In this document: positions 23,803 through 35,774 of the stretch, in pieces
Layout: every line of letters begins with the position of its first letter
Numbering within the stretch: position 1 is the stretch's first letter
Assembly (NCBI GenBank): GCA_004764695.1
Contig: SMSO01000036.1
Span: 1,922,001 to 1,986,000, forward strand
Direction of reading: 5' to 3'
DNA: 64,000 nucleotides
Origin: Schizochytrium sp. TIO01
Taxonomy: Eukaryota > Protista > Bigyra: Labyrinthulomycetes
Program-made: the position numbers and the translations under genes
The notes under the pieces: model-generated
Seen by the model: only the letters and a program-made list of their open reading frames with translations
What the model was told of the DNA's origin: nothing
The model's database searches: none

Positions 23803-24581
23803 TCAGAGCTCTTCTGCGGAGGCGTTCTGTTTCACAGAGTCCGCGGTCTCTCGAATACGTTGCTCGCCTTCTTGAATGAGTCTACGCAGATTGGCTGTTG
23901 TCTCTCTGCGGCGCTCAAGCTGAGTTTTCATCATATTAATGAGCAACTGGCGGCCCTGCGCGGGTCGTAGTTGATTAACGAGGTATAACAGATTTACGAA
24001 GACGGTCTCAAATTCCTCGGCTTTCTTTCTTGAGTCTGTCATGTTGATGTTCATATCTCCGAGCACGTCCAGAAAACCCGTGTATTTTTCCAGGGCTAGC
24101 TTACACACCTTGCTGAGTTCTGCAGCGTAGTTGATCTCTTGACCCTCAGGCGGATCATCAAAGAGCTGTTCACGACCCTCATCCTTCAGAGTTCTCGGTC
24201 TGTACAATTGTCATAAGTTTTCACAAATTCGGTCAGTACCACAAATCAGCATCGATCCATTTAGTTCTAAATAACCTTGTGCATAGTAGTACTCCTTGAC
24301 CCTCATAGACGCAATCTTGTGGAGCACAATAAGTCACTAGAGCACACAAAAACTTACTTCTCGTCAGGATTCCAGAACTCGCCAAAGGCCATGTACACGC
24401 CCTCCGGAATCTTGGGGGGATCGAGTGACACCGCCAAGGGGTGCTTCGGCGCCGCATTTTTACCGTAGGACCTGTAATAAACAGGTGGACTTGGAAAAAC
24501 ATTCGAGGTTGTTGGCTGCCGCTGCTGCTGTTGCGAAGATCCGCCTTGATCCCCTTTGCCGCCGTCTGCTGCATCACCCAT
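23803..24581 (-). CDS. MED7: Mediator subunit 7; exons 24581-24358 and 24199-23803
   Basis: Motifs FPSPPVYY, PPKIPEGVYMAFGE and NLLYLVNQLRPAQGRQLLINMMKTQLERRR. Intron 24200-24357 (GTAAGT...TACAG) joins the exons in frame. Confidence 0.92.
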
Positions 24582-25396
24582 AATGTTGATCTCCAGAGTC
24601 AGTCTTCGGCCGCCGAGAAAACAAGAAACGAGTGAGCAAGCGAGCGGGCAAGGCCAAATGTGAGCCTAGATTGCCACAAATGGGCTGTCTACTTTGCCAG
24701 AGAAGCGCCGGTACTGGCAGAGGCTCTCCGTTTTGCTTTTATTTCCAGTGATGATGATACCCTACCTATCATGCCTGGAGTGATCTGAGATCGAGGGCCC
24801 CTCTGAGCTAAGGCCTGCTCGCGCGCTAGCAAGCCTTATCCACCGGATGAAAAAAGGCTTCAAATTCACCAGAGAGAATAAAGGGCAACTTTGGAGGAGA
24901 AGTGCGAATCGCAAACAAGGGTGGATCATGCTGCGACGCGTGGGCTACGAGAAATAATGAGAACGTTTTTGATTTAATGTGCGGGGGTTTGTTTGTTTAT
25001 TTATTATATACAGTTGTCTCGCAGCTGAGGAGGAGAAAATGCTCTTTTGTAGGCTTAGAGTTTAATAACAAGGCAAGAAAGGCGCAGGCTTATTAAGGTT
25101 TACTTAGGCAAGCTTGGGTTCGCAGGAAAGTTGAGAACGGCACACGTCGCCGCTAAAGAACTCTCTTAAGATTGGGTCTTGAGCGACGACAGGAGTTGTG
25201 TGAATGTTACGTATTGGTGTAGGATGCCTCGTTTGGGGTAGAGATTGCTCTTGCTGCTGAGGGGAGAATATTCTGCCATTTCCAGCAGCTCACACCAAAG
25301 AAATAGAACGTCTTCGTTGATGGACTACTCCGTGTGAAGGGGGGGGGGGAGCAAGTACCAAGCTCTTGGCATTATTAAGATTTACCTAAACTTATC

Positions 25397-28300
25397 ATGC
25401 AGGCTGGCCTTAATATGCAGAGAAGATTGACAAAGTCGTCGTTTAACCTGGACACGACGCTATTTGGAGACAGCCAAACCATTTCCAACACAGAAGACTT
25501 CTTACCGTTTACAGCAGGGAATTTTGTTGCAGATGCTGGGATCAACGACGTGCATCCTACTTTGTCGGGAGATGAAAAACAAACACCGATGCTCGAGGCT
25601 CGCCGTGCTCTAGTTGAGATTGGAAAGCGTGTCGCAGATGCCGTGGGAAAATATGAAAACGCTACTCAACAGGAGCTACTTAGTCTTGTGGAGATTGATG
25701 CAAAACGTACGATACCGATTGTCTATCGAAATGTGCGTGAAATGATGACAGCAAACAAAGTTCGAATTGATACTTATCTGTCGAGACAGGACGACAATCG
25801 TAAACAACAACAGAAAGAGCTCTTTGAAGCAAGCAAGGTACTCGCCAAAATCCAAAACTTGCTTGACCAAGACATGCCTAAGAACAAGTCCGCAAAGAAG
25901 ATGGTGACATTAAGGGATGCGATGGATGCAGAAGAAGAACGACTAGTAGAGGATACACTTCTTCATGCTGAACACGTGATACATCTCGACTTACACTCTG
26001 AGCAAACCCGCCAGGAACAAAATTGTCAAAAGTTACATATTACCGCAGATCGAATTTCGAAGCACGTCAGAATGCTCATGGAACTTAAAGCAAACATGGC
26101 AAAAAAAGAATCAAGCAGCTTAGATCATCACATGCAATTTCTGGAGAACAAGTCTATGGACCAGTATCGTGAAATTCTACGTCTCCGCAAAATGCTTCAA
26201 GCTACAGAAATTGAGCGTGATCTTGAACGAAAAGAGAGTGCAAGCCTTCGACTAAAGATTGATGAGCTTGAGGAAAAGATAAAAACTTCTGTTGCGCAAG
26301 TAGGCGATGCCGAAGGGCTCATGCAGGCACGAAATAAACAAATCCAAAAACTCGAGAGACAACTGGAGTCACAAAAGCTGCTTGTTCGAACATTAAACAA
26401 AAAAATTGCACAGGCTTCGTCATCATCTTCCCCGCATCACATTAAAGATGTATCCCAAGAATCCTTTCGAAGCAAGGGTGATTTTTCTCATAGTAGCTTG
26501 CATGTGACCGATGTTGAAAGCGAAGTCGATCCTGAAGACGATGATAATGCCTCAGTGGCTTCAACTTCTTTCGTTGATAAAATGCCAATTGATGAACTCC
26601 GTTCCGAGCTTCGTGCAGCAAAATCTTTGGTTTCAACCTTAAATGCAGGCCTTGTACGGAAAGATAAAGAATGCGATCTTTTGAAAGTCAAAGCTTCTAA
26701 GTTGTTGTCCGAAGTGGAATCCTTTCGAAATCGCCCTATAACTGATCTGCAACCAGTCATATCAAGCTCAACCATGCAGTCTCAGCAAGCAGTTCCAGAT
26801 AAGGTTGAGCAGAGAATGGAAAACTACGTCGAAAAATCAACCTATGAAATGCAGCTTGCGGAGGCTGAGGGCTGGAAACGCAAATTTCAGCAAGTCTCAC
26901 AGCAACTTATGGATGCACGAGAAACCATAAACACCATGAAAAAGAAACACCTAGAAATGGTTGAAGTTTCAACAGCTCTTATTGAAGCAGAGAATAAGCT
27001 TTCTGAGGAGGTACAGATGCTACGTTCGTCGGTCAAGCGACATATGGAAACTGCGCGTGATCTGCGTCAAAAGGCTACCCGAACGATAGGAAGTGTTGAG
27101 CAGCCGCTTCCAGCACGGCAAAGCAGTTCCGAGGACGGCCGAGGCGGAAATTCTCACGCAGAAAAGGTTGAACACGCGTCGCAAAAATTAACAAACATGC
27201 GTGTGACAATGCTTGAGCGAGAGCTTTCACAACACAAAAAAGACGCTGAGCATGCATTACATGCTGCACTAGAAAAACAACGCAAAGAGCACCAGCACAC
27301 ATTAGACCGTCTTAAACGTGCTAGCATGGGCGCTCAGGCAGCTCGTGGTGATGCCAAAAAAACGATATTAGATCTTCAACATGAGCTGGCAGAGCTCTCT
27401 GCCGATCTTGTAAAGAAAGATCAGCAGCATGCCAGGCAGATGACTGAACTAAAAGTCAAGCTTGCGAAGGAGCTAGAAGAGGCTAAAGAAGAAGCCAAGG
27501 AAGAATTAGAACTTCAAGAAGCGTCGCATCAGAGGGCTCTTTCTGCACTTCGTAGTGAATTAGAAGCACAAGCAGAAAAGTTACAACGGACGACCAAAGT
27601 CCATCAAGAACTGCTTTTCATGCAAACCGTTGCTCAGCAGGATGAATCCATGCCATCTGAAGAAGAGCCCCCTAGTGAAGAGGACGACAAACCGACTGTT
27701 ATGAGATTGCGTCGTCGCTCAATTTCTGAAAATAACAAAAGGGTCCTTCAAAACCAAGGGTCTAAAGTTGGTGCACAGCTGCTGCGAATGGGCACAGCAA
27801 ATAACCAAAAAGCGAGCTCAGGAGCAGTGACTGAAGCTGAAATTAAAGTTCTTCGATTCAAAATTAAAACACTTCGAGACGAAGTGGATGCGCTCAAAAA
27901 AGCAAAAGCAGATTCAAACCAGCAGATCCGTAAACTGCGCCAGAATCTTCGAGAAAGAGACGCAAGCATGTCGTCAATGTCTCCTTTTCCAAATTCTACT
28001 GTACAAAGCATAGCTAAGGCCGAGACTGATTCTGATGAGCAAACCGATAGCCCACGGTCAGGTCAACAGAGCATTTTGTCTAACGATTCAAGTAATTCAC
28101 CTCGTGTTCCAGAATACGAAGGAGCAAAGTCCGCCAGCTTCACTCCTCAAATCCATTCTGGACAACACCAGCTTGTTCCATTTCAATCTGAAAACGCTTC
28201 GCAGCTTTCTATGCTTCTTGAACAACCTCAACAAGATCCAGCCATTTTTCTCTTGACGAACGGCGACGACATGCTGGAATCTGAAGCAAGTGCCACAGGA

Positions 28301-29482
28301 GACGAAAGTCAAACAAAAGTCACACGTAAACTTGAGGATAAGAGTGCAGAAGTTAAGAGCTTGCGTCTGCGAATTGCTGAGCTAGAGGACGCTCTTTTTG
28401 GAAATCAAGTCTCGAACTCAAACGATACAGGTGACAGTCGGCGATATTTCCAAACGCGTAACCGGATGAACCAAGATGGCGAACCTCTTGAAGTTCGTCA
28501 GTTCACGCCAGGATCTAACGAAAACAACGCATCACTACGCCAACGTACATATTCTCTATACTGTAAGCTCACCCGCGAGGCGAGAACTCATCGCGCAACA
28601 CATGCATGGCGTGCACTTTTCCAGCAATTGCTGCATAGACATAGACTTTTATCCTCTTTTGAAGATCAGCTCAACGACAGTGCCGTTCTTCAACTATGGA
28701 CGATATGGTTTGCGCGTTCTCAACGTGTATGGCATGCTCGCCGAGAGATGTGCCGTGAGAGGGAAATTAAAATCGACACGGCTCTCTATGCTACAGTAAA
28801 GCATATGTATCGAGAAGAAATGGCAAATATTCCAGAGCAACCAGAATCTGATCGTAAGACAGTGCCTCGAATTGATCCACAGAAGGTTTTGCTACACCAG
28901 CTCATGGGGCCGTGTGTTACGCATAACATCTTACCTATTTCAAATGCAGTTCTGCCAACCCAAAGGCAATCTGTAGTACCCGTTCATCTCACATCGCAGC
29001 AGATTGAGCGTATAATGATTATCGAACCTTTTATTCCCTCAAGCATGGGGTCTTCGGACACAGATGTTCCTTTACGGTGTAAAATAATATCCGAAATTGT
29101 ACAATATGTTTTGCATGGGCAACAAGCTGATCCCAAAGAATCCATGGCACCTATGCCCACACCACGAGAGCGTGAAGAACTACAACAAGTATCAAAAAGG
29201 CCTCAACGACATCAAATCGCTTTTGAGCCATCCGATTTTAATAAATCAAGTAAGGAAAAAAAGACTGCTTCTATTGGTTACTGCGGAATATCAAGAACAC
29301 CAACCAGACCAAATACAACTCCATATTCACAACGACAGCATGGTCCAGGAGCTCGTGGACCTGGTCAAAGGTTTTTGCGCCCTCAATCGTCACGCAATCG
29401 TAGCCCAGCAGCGAATTACGTTGGGTTTTCAGGCATTGTGACACCGCACCACGATCTACGAAGCTTTTCGCCGCCCTATTAA
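25397..29482 (+). CDS. 1361-aa long coiled-coil protein, function unknown
   Basis: Uninterrupted ORF rich in E/K/Q/L heptads. No catalytic motif recognised. Confidence 0.8.
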   Translation: MQAGLNMQRRLTKSSFNLDTTLFGDSQTISNTEDFLPFTAGNFVADAGINDVHPTLSGDEKQTPMLEARRALVEIGKRVADAVGKYENATQQELLSLVEIDAKRTIPIVYRNVREMMTANKVRIDTYLSRQDDNRKQQQKELFEASKVLAKIQNLLDQDMPKNKSAKKMVTLRDAMDAEEERLVEDTLLHAEHVIHLDLHSEQTRQEQNCQKLHITADRISKHVRMLMELKANMAKKESSSLDHHMQFLENKSMDQYREILRLRKMLQATEIERDLERKESASLRLKIDELEEKIKTSVAQVGDAEGLMQARNKQIQKLERQLESQKLLVRTLNKKIAQASSSSSPHHIKDVSQESFRSKGDFSHSSLHVTDVESEVDPEDDDNASVASTSFVDKMPIDELRSELRAAKSLVSTLNAGLVRKDKECDLLKVKASKLLSEVESFRNRPITDLQPVISSSTMQSQQAVPDKVEQRMENYVEKSTYEMQLAEAEGWKRKFQQVSQQLMDARETINTMKKKHLEMVEVSTALIEAENKLSEEVQMLRSSVKRHMETARDLRQKATRTIGSVEQPLPARQSSSEDGRGGNSHAEKVEHASQKLTNMRVTMLERELSQHKKDAEHALHAALEKQRKEHQHTLDRLKRASMGAQAARGDAKKTILDLQHELAELSADLVKKDQQHARQMTELKVKLAKELEEAKEEAKEELELQEASHQRALSALRSELEAQAEKLQRTTKVHQELLFMQTVAQQDESMPSEEEPPSEEDDKPTVMRLRRRSISENNKRVLQNQGSKVGAQLLRMGTANNQKASSGAVTEAEIKVLRFKIKTLRDEVDALKKAKADSNQQIRKLRQNLRERDASMSSMSPFPNSTVQSIAKAETDSDEQTDSPRSGQQSILSNDSSNSPRVPEYEGAKSASFTPQIHSGQHQLVPFQSENASQLSMLLEQPQQDPAIFLLTNGDDMLESEASATGDESQTKVTRKLEDKSAEVKSLRLRIAELEDALFGNQVSNSNDTGDSRRYFQTRNRMNQDGEPLEVRQFTPGSNENNASLRQRTYSLYCKLTREARTHRATHAWRALFQQLLHRHRLLSSFEDQLNDSAVLQLWTIWFARSQRVWHARREMCREREIKIDTALYATVKHMYREEMANIPEQPESDRKTVPRIDPQKVLLHQLMGPCVTHNILPISNAVLPTQRQSVVPVHLTSQQIERIMIIEPFIPSSMGSSDTDVPLRCKIISEIVQYVLHGQQADPKESMAPMPTPREREELQQVSKRPQRHQIAFEPSDFNKSSKEKKTASIGYCGISRTPTRPNTTPYSQRQHGPGARGPGQRFLRPQSSRNRSPAANYVGFSGIVTPHHDLRSFSPPY

Positions 29483-29942
29483 TCATTTCCCCAGGACTTT
29501 CTCTTTCATGAATTCCAAATTGACAAGTTTGCATTTTATGTTTTGCTATATAATTAAGAAGAGCGAGATGGTGTATAAAAAGAGCGGCCAATGCTTTTCC
29601 TAAAAATGTTAGTGTACAAAATTAATTCATCGAAGCAAATACCACCTTGTTTTGGCATGATATAAGAATATAACTCAGATTTCCGGATTGCATTTCAAAT
29701 AAGCTTTTCAAAGTCAGTGTTGACCACGTTTAGGTGCACACCTCATATGAGAACGCATAATATGCCGCGACGATGCTGGACACCACAACTATAGTTTTCA
29801 TACGCCTGAGCTGACTTTCTCTGCCTCCCTGAGGATCTCTCTCCGTACACTCTACCGTGCACTAAATTTAGAATGGCTACGTCGAGGAGGGGGTAGACGA
29901 GGGTGTAATTCTAAGCTTATGCTTCAATTCTAGTGAACGGGA

Positions 29943-32900
29943 ATGGGATCTGGAGTGTCTTCAGTTAGTCGTCAGTCAAGAGCTGCGGTGGTTTATCGAC
30001 AAAATGCCAATGAGGATCCTGAGCGAGTTAATGACAATGATGATACTCAAGCCTCAATACTAAAAAGAACACTGGAGAAAAATGCAGGTTCTACAAATGA
30101 ACTAGAACCTGCGAGGCGCAGTATCCAATCAAATGACCGTGAAGATTCAATTGAGGGCAACACACTAAAACAAAATCCCAAAAATGGTCCTCAGGTTGGC
30201 TCAGAAGACGACTCTGATCTTATGAGCCTATCATCCTTGGAGGATGCTGATGCTTACTCAGTCGATGCAACGTCAATACAAAGCCACGTCCAGGATGAGG
30301 ATGATGACTTTGTAGATGGGAAACCCGTGCCAAGGTTCTCGGACGGTTCAAAGTGTCATCCACAACGTCGCTGCCACTTCTTGGAAATACCTTTTGGGAC
30401 AAGTGGCGCGCTAAAGCGACGTGTTTTTGAAGTCCGCGAGCGCTTGGTGGAACCCTGTTCTTTGGAGGACCAGGTTCTAGCGTCACAACCTCGAGTCCGC
30501 CACGCCTCCACTAATATGATTGTTGTACGTTGGGATATGAGTAGCTGGGCGGAGGCAAAACGTATTACTCAGTTCGAGCTTCAGTGGCGGCAGGTGGGAC
30601 TTCGGCAGGGCGAGTATCTTGAAATTCCAGCCAGCAAAGCTGATGCTGATGATGGTAATAGGGAAAGTCAAGTTCTAAGTGGAGAGCTTGAGCCTGTGAA
30701 ACCTGAAAGTTCTGCTGAGGCTGCATTTGGCACAGTTGATGCACTTCAGACCAACTCATTGAGCAAAGCACAAGCGTATCATACAGTTATTTGTGACGGC
30801 CAGTTTTCTACAATGCCCACTGCTGTCATTCGTCAAATTGACCTTCGCGCAGAAGTCCGTCTACACGGCTTGCCAGGATCTTGCGCACCATTGATTTTCC
30901 GCGTGCGTACTAAGCTTGGTCACCTTGGTTGGGGCCAATGGAGTCCAGAGTCTGAGCCAATCCAGACTTTACCAAATATTTGTGATGACCTTACTCCCAG
31001 ACTTGAATGTGCCACAGCCCACTCTGTTCGGTTGAAGTGGTGTGCTCCAGCTAACAAGGCATACGGCAAAGTGGTGCGATATCGGTTGTTTGCAGCGCTT
31101 GCCAAAGCTAAACATTTAAAAGGTGACGTGGAGACACAAGACTATTGCGATGAAACTGTCGAACTATTAAATGATGATGACGAGGAAATTGCTAAAGAGG
31201 CTTCAAGAGAAGTAGGCTGGGCATTGATTTATGAAGGTCTTGAAGAGGAAATTGGCATTGGAAAAGAACCAAGACTAAAAAATAGTGATAGCGAAATGCG
31301 AGCACATGATTTGCTCGCAAAAAGCTTATATAGTAAAGGATCGAATTTACACGCGATTGGACTTGAACAAGGCCTTCTTCCATCATCATGGCCTATCTTT
31401 GTAAAGTTAGAGGCTGACATGGGTTCCTGGTTTCATGGAGAGTACTTTGCAAATGATGTACGCAGCCCAGCAACGCAAGTTATTACTTATGATCCTATTC
31501 CTGACCCGCCGCCACCACCAGAAACCCTGCCCTACCACGGAACTATACAAGCACGGCATATCCTATTATACTTACGGCCATCCCAAACTTATGGTAATGG
31601 GCATCCGGCAGAAACCTACAAGTTTATGTATCCGGGACGGGATGCCTCGAACTGGTTTGGCTTGGACATTGCAGAAGGCTTGAAAAACCCTAAATCTTTT
31701 CAGCGCCAGGCTCTGAAGCAAAAGACTATAGACCTTTGGAAGGAAGCAACAGAAAATTTCGAACAAGAAATGGCAGCCGAGAAGGATGATCTACGCCGCG
31801 AAGGGTGGACGCAAGACAAGGAGGGAATATGGAATTCAAGCTTATCACATGAGGAGCAAGTCAATCATCCTTATGTAGACGACCTTCCAATCGCAGAATT
31901 CATACTCATGGGCCGTATGCTATCAGCGGAGATCATTCATCCCTTTCGAGAACTTTATCGAGGACCGAGTCGGCATGTGCATTTATCGAAACTTGATCCA
32001 ACTACCAAATATGAATTTTACGTAACCACATCTGCCCGAATGACAACTTACGGTAGCAGCGAGCCATCAGGTCGAACAATTGTGGCTACACAGCTTGAGT
32101 CTACAGAGAAGCTATCACTGCCACAAGGCTGGGTAGAACTTTGGGATCCGGTCTCCGAGTACGTGTACTTTCATGAATCTTCCTCGACTACAATTCAATG
32201 GGAGCATCCCGCGGGGGCAAATATCGACGACCCTGAACTAAGGTTTCGAACTCTCCGTTTTCGATTACTGCATCGTTTATATCAGCGATTACCTCCGGCC
32301 CAAAACGTTGAAACCCACAAGATCTATTTAAATCGCAAAAAACTAGTTCAGGACTCCTATCGAGAGGTGGGCCTTTTGAAAAAGGAGCAACTGTGTGGAA
32401 AATTTAATGTACACTTTGAAGGTGAGAGTGGCATTGACTCTGGAGGCATCACCACGGAATGGTATCATTTATTGACAAAGGCTTTGTTCCAGCCTGAAGC
32501 CAAGCTTGTTATATGCACGGAGGCGTGTAATCGGTATTCTTTAATGCCTGCACCTCGCATTGCAGGTGATGATAGGCGATGGCATCTAGATCGATGCTTT
32601 ATGCTGGGTAGGATAATGGCGAAGGCGGTGTATGATAAGAGAGTCGTGAATACCCCATTCTGTACATATATTTATAAACACCTCTTGGGAATACCACCAG
32701 ACATGGATGACTTACGTCAAGTAGATCCTGTTTACCACCAAAGTCTAGAATGGATGTTGCATCATGAAATTTCGGATATTATTTTTCAGCCATTTACTGT
32801 TCATGATAAGAATGAGATTGAACATGATCTTTTACCTGGAGGCTCGCATGTTGACGTCACGGACGCTAACAAACATGAGTATGTTGAAAAGGTTGTGGAG

Positions 32901-33365
32901 TGGCTGTTGACGAAATCTGTTAGCGATGAAATGGAACGCATCTGCGCAGGCTTCCACGAACTCTTTCCAGTAGATGAGCTTAACGAATTCACCGTCGCTT
33001 ATTTGGAACACTTGATCAATGGCTCTGAGGAAATCCCTGTTTCAGAGCTTCGTGGGGCTGCTCGATATGCGAACGGTTTCAGTGCTCGTTCTAAAGCTGT
33101 TCAGTATTTCTGGGCGTTCATGGAAGGTGCTTCACCATCTAAGCAGGCTGCGATCCTTGCTTTTGCTACAGGGTCGTCAAAGATGCCTCTGGAACCTTTG
33201 TCAATGCAGATCGTAAAATCGCAAGAGGGTTGCGATGCGTTGCCAACTTCACATACTTGTTTTCAGCAACTTGTCATTCCTGACTACGAGAGCCTCCAGC
33301 AACTTGAAGAGAAATTTGAAGTAGCCCTGGACCATGCTCAGCATGGAGGGTTCATGATGACCTAG
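29943..33365 (+). CDS. HECT E3 ubiquitin ligase with FN3-like domains, a WW domain and an N-myristoylation signal
   Basis: N-terminus MGSGVS. FN3-like segments (SVRLKWCAP; LSKLDPTTKYEFYV). WW: LPQGWVELWDPVSEYVYFHESSSTTIQWEHP. HECT: FEGESGIDSGGITTEWY...LPTSHTCFQQL, with the catalytic Cys. Confidence 0.92.
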   Translation: MGSGVSSVSRQSRAAVVYRQNANEDPERVNDNDDTQASILKRTLEKNAGSTNELEPARRSIQSNDREDSIEGNTLKQNPKNGPQVGSEDDSDLMSLSSLEDADAYSVDATSIQSHVQDEDDDFVDGKPVPRFSDGSKCHPQRRCHFLEIPFGTSGALKRRVFEVRERLVEPCSLEDQVLASQPRVRHASTNMIVVRWDMSSWAEAKRITQFELQWRQVGLRQGEYLEIPASKADADDGNRESQVLSGELEPVKPESSAEAAFGTVDALQTNSLSKAQAYHTVICDGQFSTMPTAVIRQIDLRAEVRLHGLPGSCAPLIFRVRTKLGHLGWGQWSPESEPIQTLPNICDDLTPRLECATAHSVRLKWCAPANKAYGKVVRYRLFAALAKAKHLKGDVETQDYCDETVELLNDDDEEIAKEASREVGWALIYEGLEEEIGIGKEPRLKNSDSEMRAHDLLAKSLYSKGSNLHAIGLEQGLLPSSWPIFVKLEADMGSWFHGEYFANDVRSPATQVITYDPIPDPPPPPETLPYHGTIQARHILLYLRPSQTYGNGHPAETYKFMYPGRDASNWFGLDIAEGLKNPKSFQRQALKQKTIDLWKEATENFEQEMAAEKDDLRREGWTQDKEGIWNSSLSHEEQVNHPYVDDLPIAEFILMGRMLSAEIIHPFRELYRGPSRHVHLSKLDPTTKYEFYVTTSARMTTYGSSEPSGRTIVATQLESTEKLSLPQGWVELWDPVSEYVYFHESSSTTIQWEHPAGANIDDPELRFRTLRFRLLHRLYQRLPPAQNVETHKIYLNRKKLVQDSYREVGLLKKEQLCGKFNVHFEGESGIDSGGITTEWYHLLTKALFQPEAKLVICTEACNRYSLMPAPRIAGDDRRWHLDRCFMLGRIMAKAVYDKRVVNTPFCTYIYKHLLGIPPDMDDLRQVDPVYHQSLEWMLHHEISDIIFQPFTVHDKNEIEHDLLPGGSHVDVTDANKHEYVEKVVEWLLTKSVSDEMERICAGFHELFPVDELNEFTVAYLEHLINGSEEIPVSELRGAARYANGFSARSKAVQYFWAFMEGASPSKQAAILAFATGSSKMPLEPLSMQIVKSQEGCDALPTSHTCFQQLVIPDYESLQQLEEKFEVALDHAQHGGFMMT

Positions 33366-33842
33366 TGTTTCAAAAGAAAAATAATTTTACAAAGATTGAA
33401 TGTTTGTCTCCAAAGGATAGTTCATGCCCAACTGCCACCTCCAATCAACAAGACTTTCAAATACAAAGGTTCACTTTGTCAACTGGTGGGAACACTGCTT
33501 GCGGCTGAGAGGTAGATGGAGTCGCACGCCAGATACACGTTTCTTGCGAGGAGATGCGTTTGCACCCCTCAAAACCTTATGAAGACATAGAACGATGGCA
33601 TTCAGTCTTCGCGGATGACAAAAGATGCTGAGGTACGACACGCAATATCATGCGTAGCATCTCCGGCCCGCATTCTGCCTCAAAGAAAAACGATCAGACG
33701 AAGCTTTCATGTACTTTGGTGAGCAACACGACAAATGAATCTCCATCTGTCCATTCCTGCAGCCTTTTCGTTACTTCGTTTAGTTCTTTTTATTTCCAAG
33801 GGATATACATGATCAAATTGAACCTGGTCGATTTCTCATAAA

Positions 33843-35774
33843 TTAAACTTTATGGTGAACGCACCACACCAAGAGCCACTTTAGGTTAGTGACTACATGA
33901 CGTAGAGCCTTGGTCCATGCGTACGCTTTTATAATATCTGCATTGTGAGGAACAGTGCCGGGGCTGTAAAATGGTGCATGCATCAAGTCGACCGACGTTG
34001 AATCGATTTTACACGAATTAGGAGGAATACCACGCTGGCGAGCATTCTCGTCAGGGATTTCAATTGGGTACATTTTCTTACCAATATCTAATGTAACCCC
34101 TGTGCTAGTTTTCATAGCCTCGTCACAGAGGTACTTCAGACAGATAAGAAATGCGCGCATTGCGTGGTTAAAATTTTCAACAGCAGATCCGCCACCAACG
34201 ACCATGAGTCTGTCCAGCATGGAGTTTGACTTGCTAATATCTAAATACAGGGGAAAGACAGTCTTGTTTGCCTTCAAAAAATCAAGTGCCGAAGGGGCCT
34301 TGGTAAGGCTGCGGATTGTGGTTCGAGACCCGATGGGCTCAATTTTGTAACCAGGGAAAGTCTTACCACATGTTTGAGCAATTGCTGCAAGAAGCATAGC
34401 GCTGAGCCCCCAGGCAGTATTGATTTCCTCCCACTCGGGCGGCGCTTTGCTTAGTTCTGGCGCAAGACTCTTACCCATGTGATGTGGCATGCGACCAATT
34501 AGTTGCCCAAGCCGAAAACCATTAATTGTGCCATATTCTCCGTCTCGCCAGATAAAAAACGCATCATTGAAGGCATGTATCGGGCTCAACATCCAAAGAA
34601 CACTCATTGTTCGGGAGATGCGGTTTGTGAGTGAATCTGTCTTTTCGCTCACTACATGCAACAGCTCCTTAAGCGAACCGGACTCTGCCCACACTTTGTT
34701 TTCTTGCGCAGCAATCTTGGCTTCTTCAGCATCAAGCTTGAGTTGTTCTTGCCGAATACATGCTCGTGCGCTTTCCGTATCTTTAATTTCTGCCATGAGA
34801 CGACTTTGCTCACGGAGGAGCATTTCAACCTCAAGCGCCATAGCTTCTTCGTCAATAGGTTCATCCACAGGGGTCTGAGTCTGCTCCCTGAATGCTCGCA
34901 ACTTCAATGTGGTATCAACGCACTCGAGCATCTCGGCATTCATCGCACCTCGTACAAATGCCTTACAATCGTTGCACAACTGAGGAGCACGTTGCTCAAG
35001 TTCAGACTTTTGAACTCCTTGCTGTTCCTGCTCCAACTTTAGCTCTTCAGACCGAGGAACCCGTGGCCGTACAAATGCATCATCAACGTTTTCAAACGCT
35101 TCATCTTCGCTTCCACGGCCAAGTGCCAATGCCAAAAGCTCCCGTTTGCAAGCTGCCGCAAAGTAGTCCAACTCTTCTTTCCTGGCAGTGTTGTGGTTGC
35201 TAGGCGAACCAAACTGCGCCGAGGCCGCCGTTGACGTCGTTGAAGACAAAGTTGACGAGAATAATGCAGCAGCACCAATTCCACCTATGTGCGCATACTG
35301 CGATGTGGATGAATTAAATGATGTTGAAGACGAAGACGATGACGTAGATATTTGCCTGCTCACGTTCCTTGGTGTGGCAAGGTTATCGTCGGCATTGAAT
35401 CTTCCACCATCCATGCCGTCCGGAATTGGTACATGAATAAAGTCATCGACGCGAAGTCGCTTGCCACTGGTCTCCTCCTGAAGCCGTTGAGCGCTGCGGA
35501 GTCGCTCATTCATAGGCGGCGGAGGAAAGACCTTTCGACCGCAATCGCAGCAGGCAATGCTCTCCGCTATTTCCGCATCATCACAAAAAAGCTCAGGCCT
35601 CTCAACCTTCAATCCTCGAGACGATTTCGACTCCATGTCTCGCGAGGCATGTGAAGCTGCAGTCCTGCTTGAACTTGAAGCAGTTGAAGAAGTAGAAGTA
35701 GACCTCAACAGCGATGGTGACGAAGAAGGCGACGATGCTCCCGCCTTTCGGGGCGTCGGAGCAGGAGTAGACAT
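33843..35774 (-). CDS. BECN1: Beclin-1 / ATG6 (VPS30)
   Basis: PQLCNDC, a coiled coil, then BARA motifs GTINGFRLG, WEEINTAWG and WTKALRHVVTNLKWLL. Confidence 0.93.
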   Translation of the reverse strand: MSTPAPTPRKAGASSPSSSPSLLRSTSTSSTASSSSRTAASHASRDMESKSSRGLKVERPELFCDDAEIAESIACCDCGRKVFPPPPMNERLRSAQRLQEETSGKRLRVDDFIHVPIPDGMDGGRFNADDNLATPRNVSRQISTSSSSSSTSFNSSTSQYAHIGGIGAAALFSSTLSSTTSTAASAQFGSPSNHNTARKEELDYFAAACKRELLALALGRGSEDEAFENVDDAFVRPRVPRSEELKLEQEQQGVQKSELEQRAPQLCNDCKAFVRGAMNAEMLECVDTTLKLRAFREQTQTPVDEPIDEEAMALEVEMLLREQSRLMAEIKDTESARACIRQEQLKLDAEEAKIAAQENKVWAESGSLKELLHVVSEKTDSLTNRISRTMSVLWMLSPIHAFNDAFFIWRDGEYGTINGFRLGQLIGRMPHHMGKSLAPELSKAPPEWEEINTAWGLSAMLLAAIAQTCGKTFPGYKIEPIGSRTTIRSLTKAPSALDFLKANKTVFPLYLDISKSNSMLDRLMVVGGGSAVENFNHAMRAFLICLKYLCDEAMKTSTGVTLDIGKKMYPIEIPDENARQRGIPPNSCKIDSTSVDLMHAPFYSPGTVPHNADIIKAYAWTKALRHVVTNLKWLLVWCVHHKV

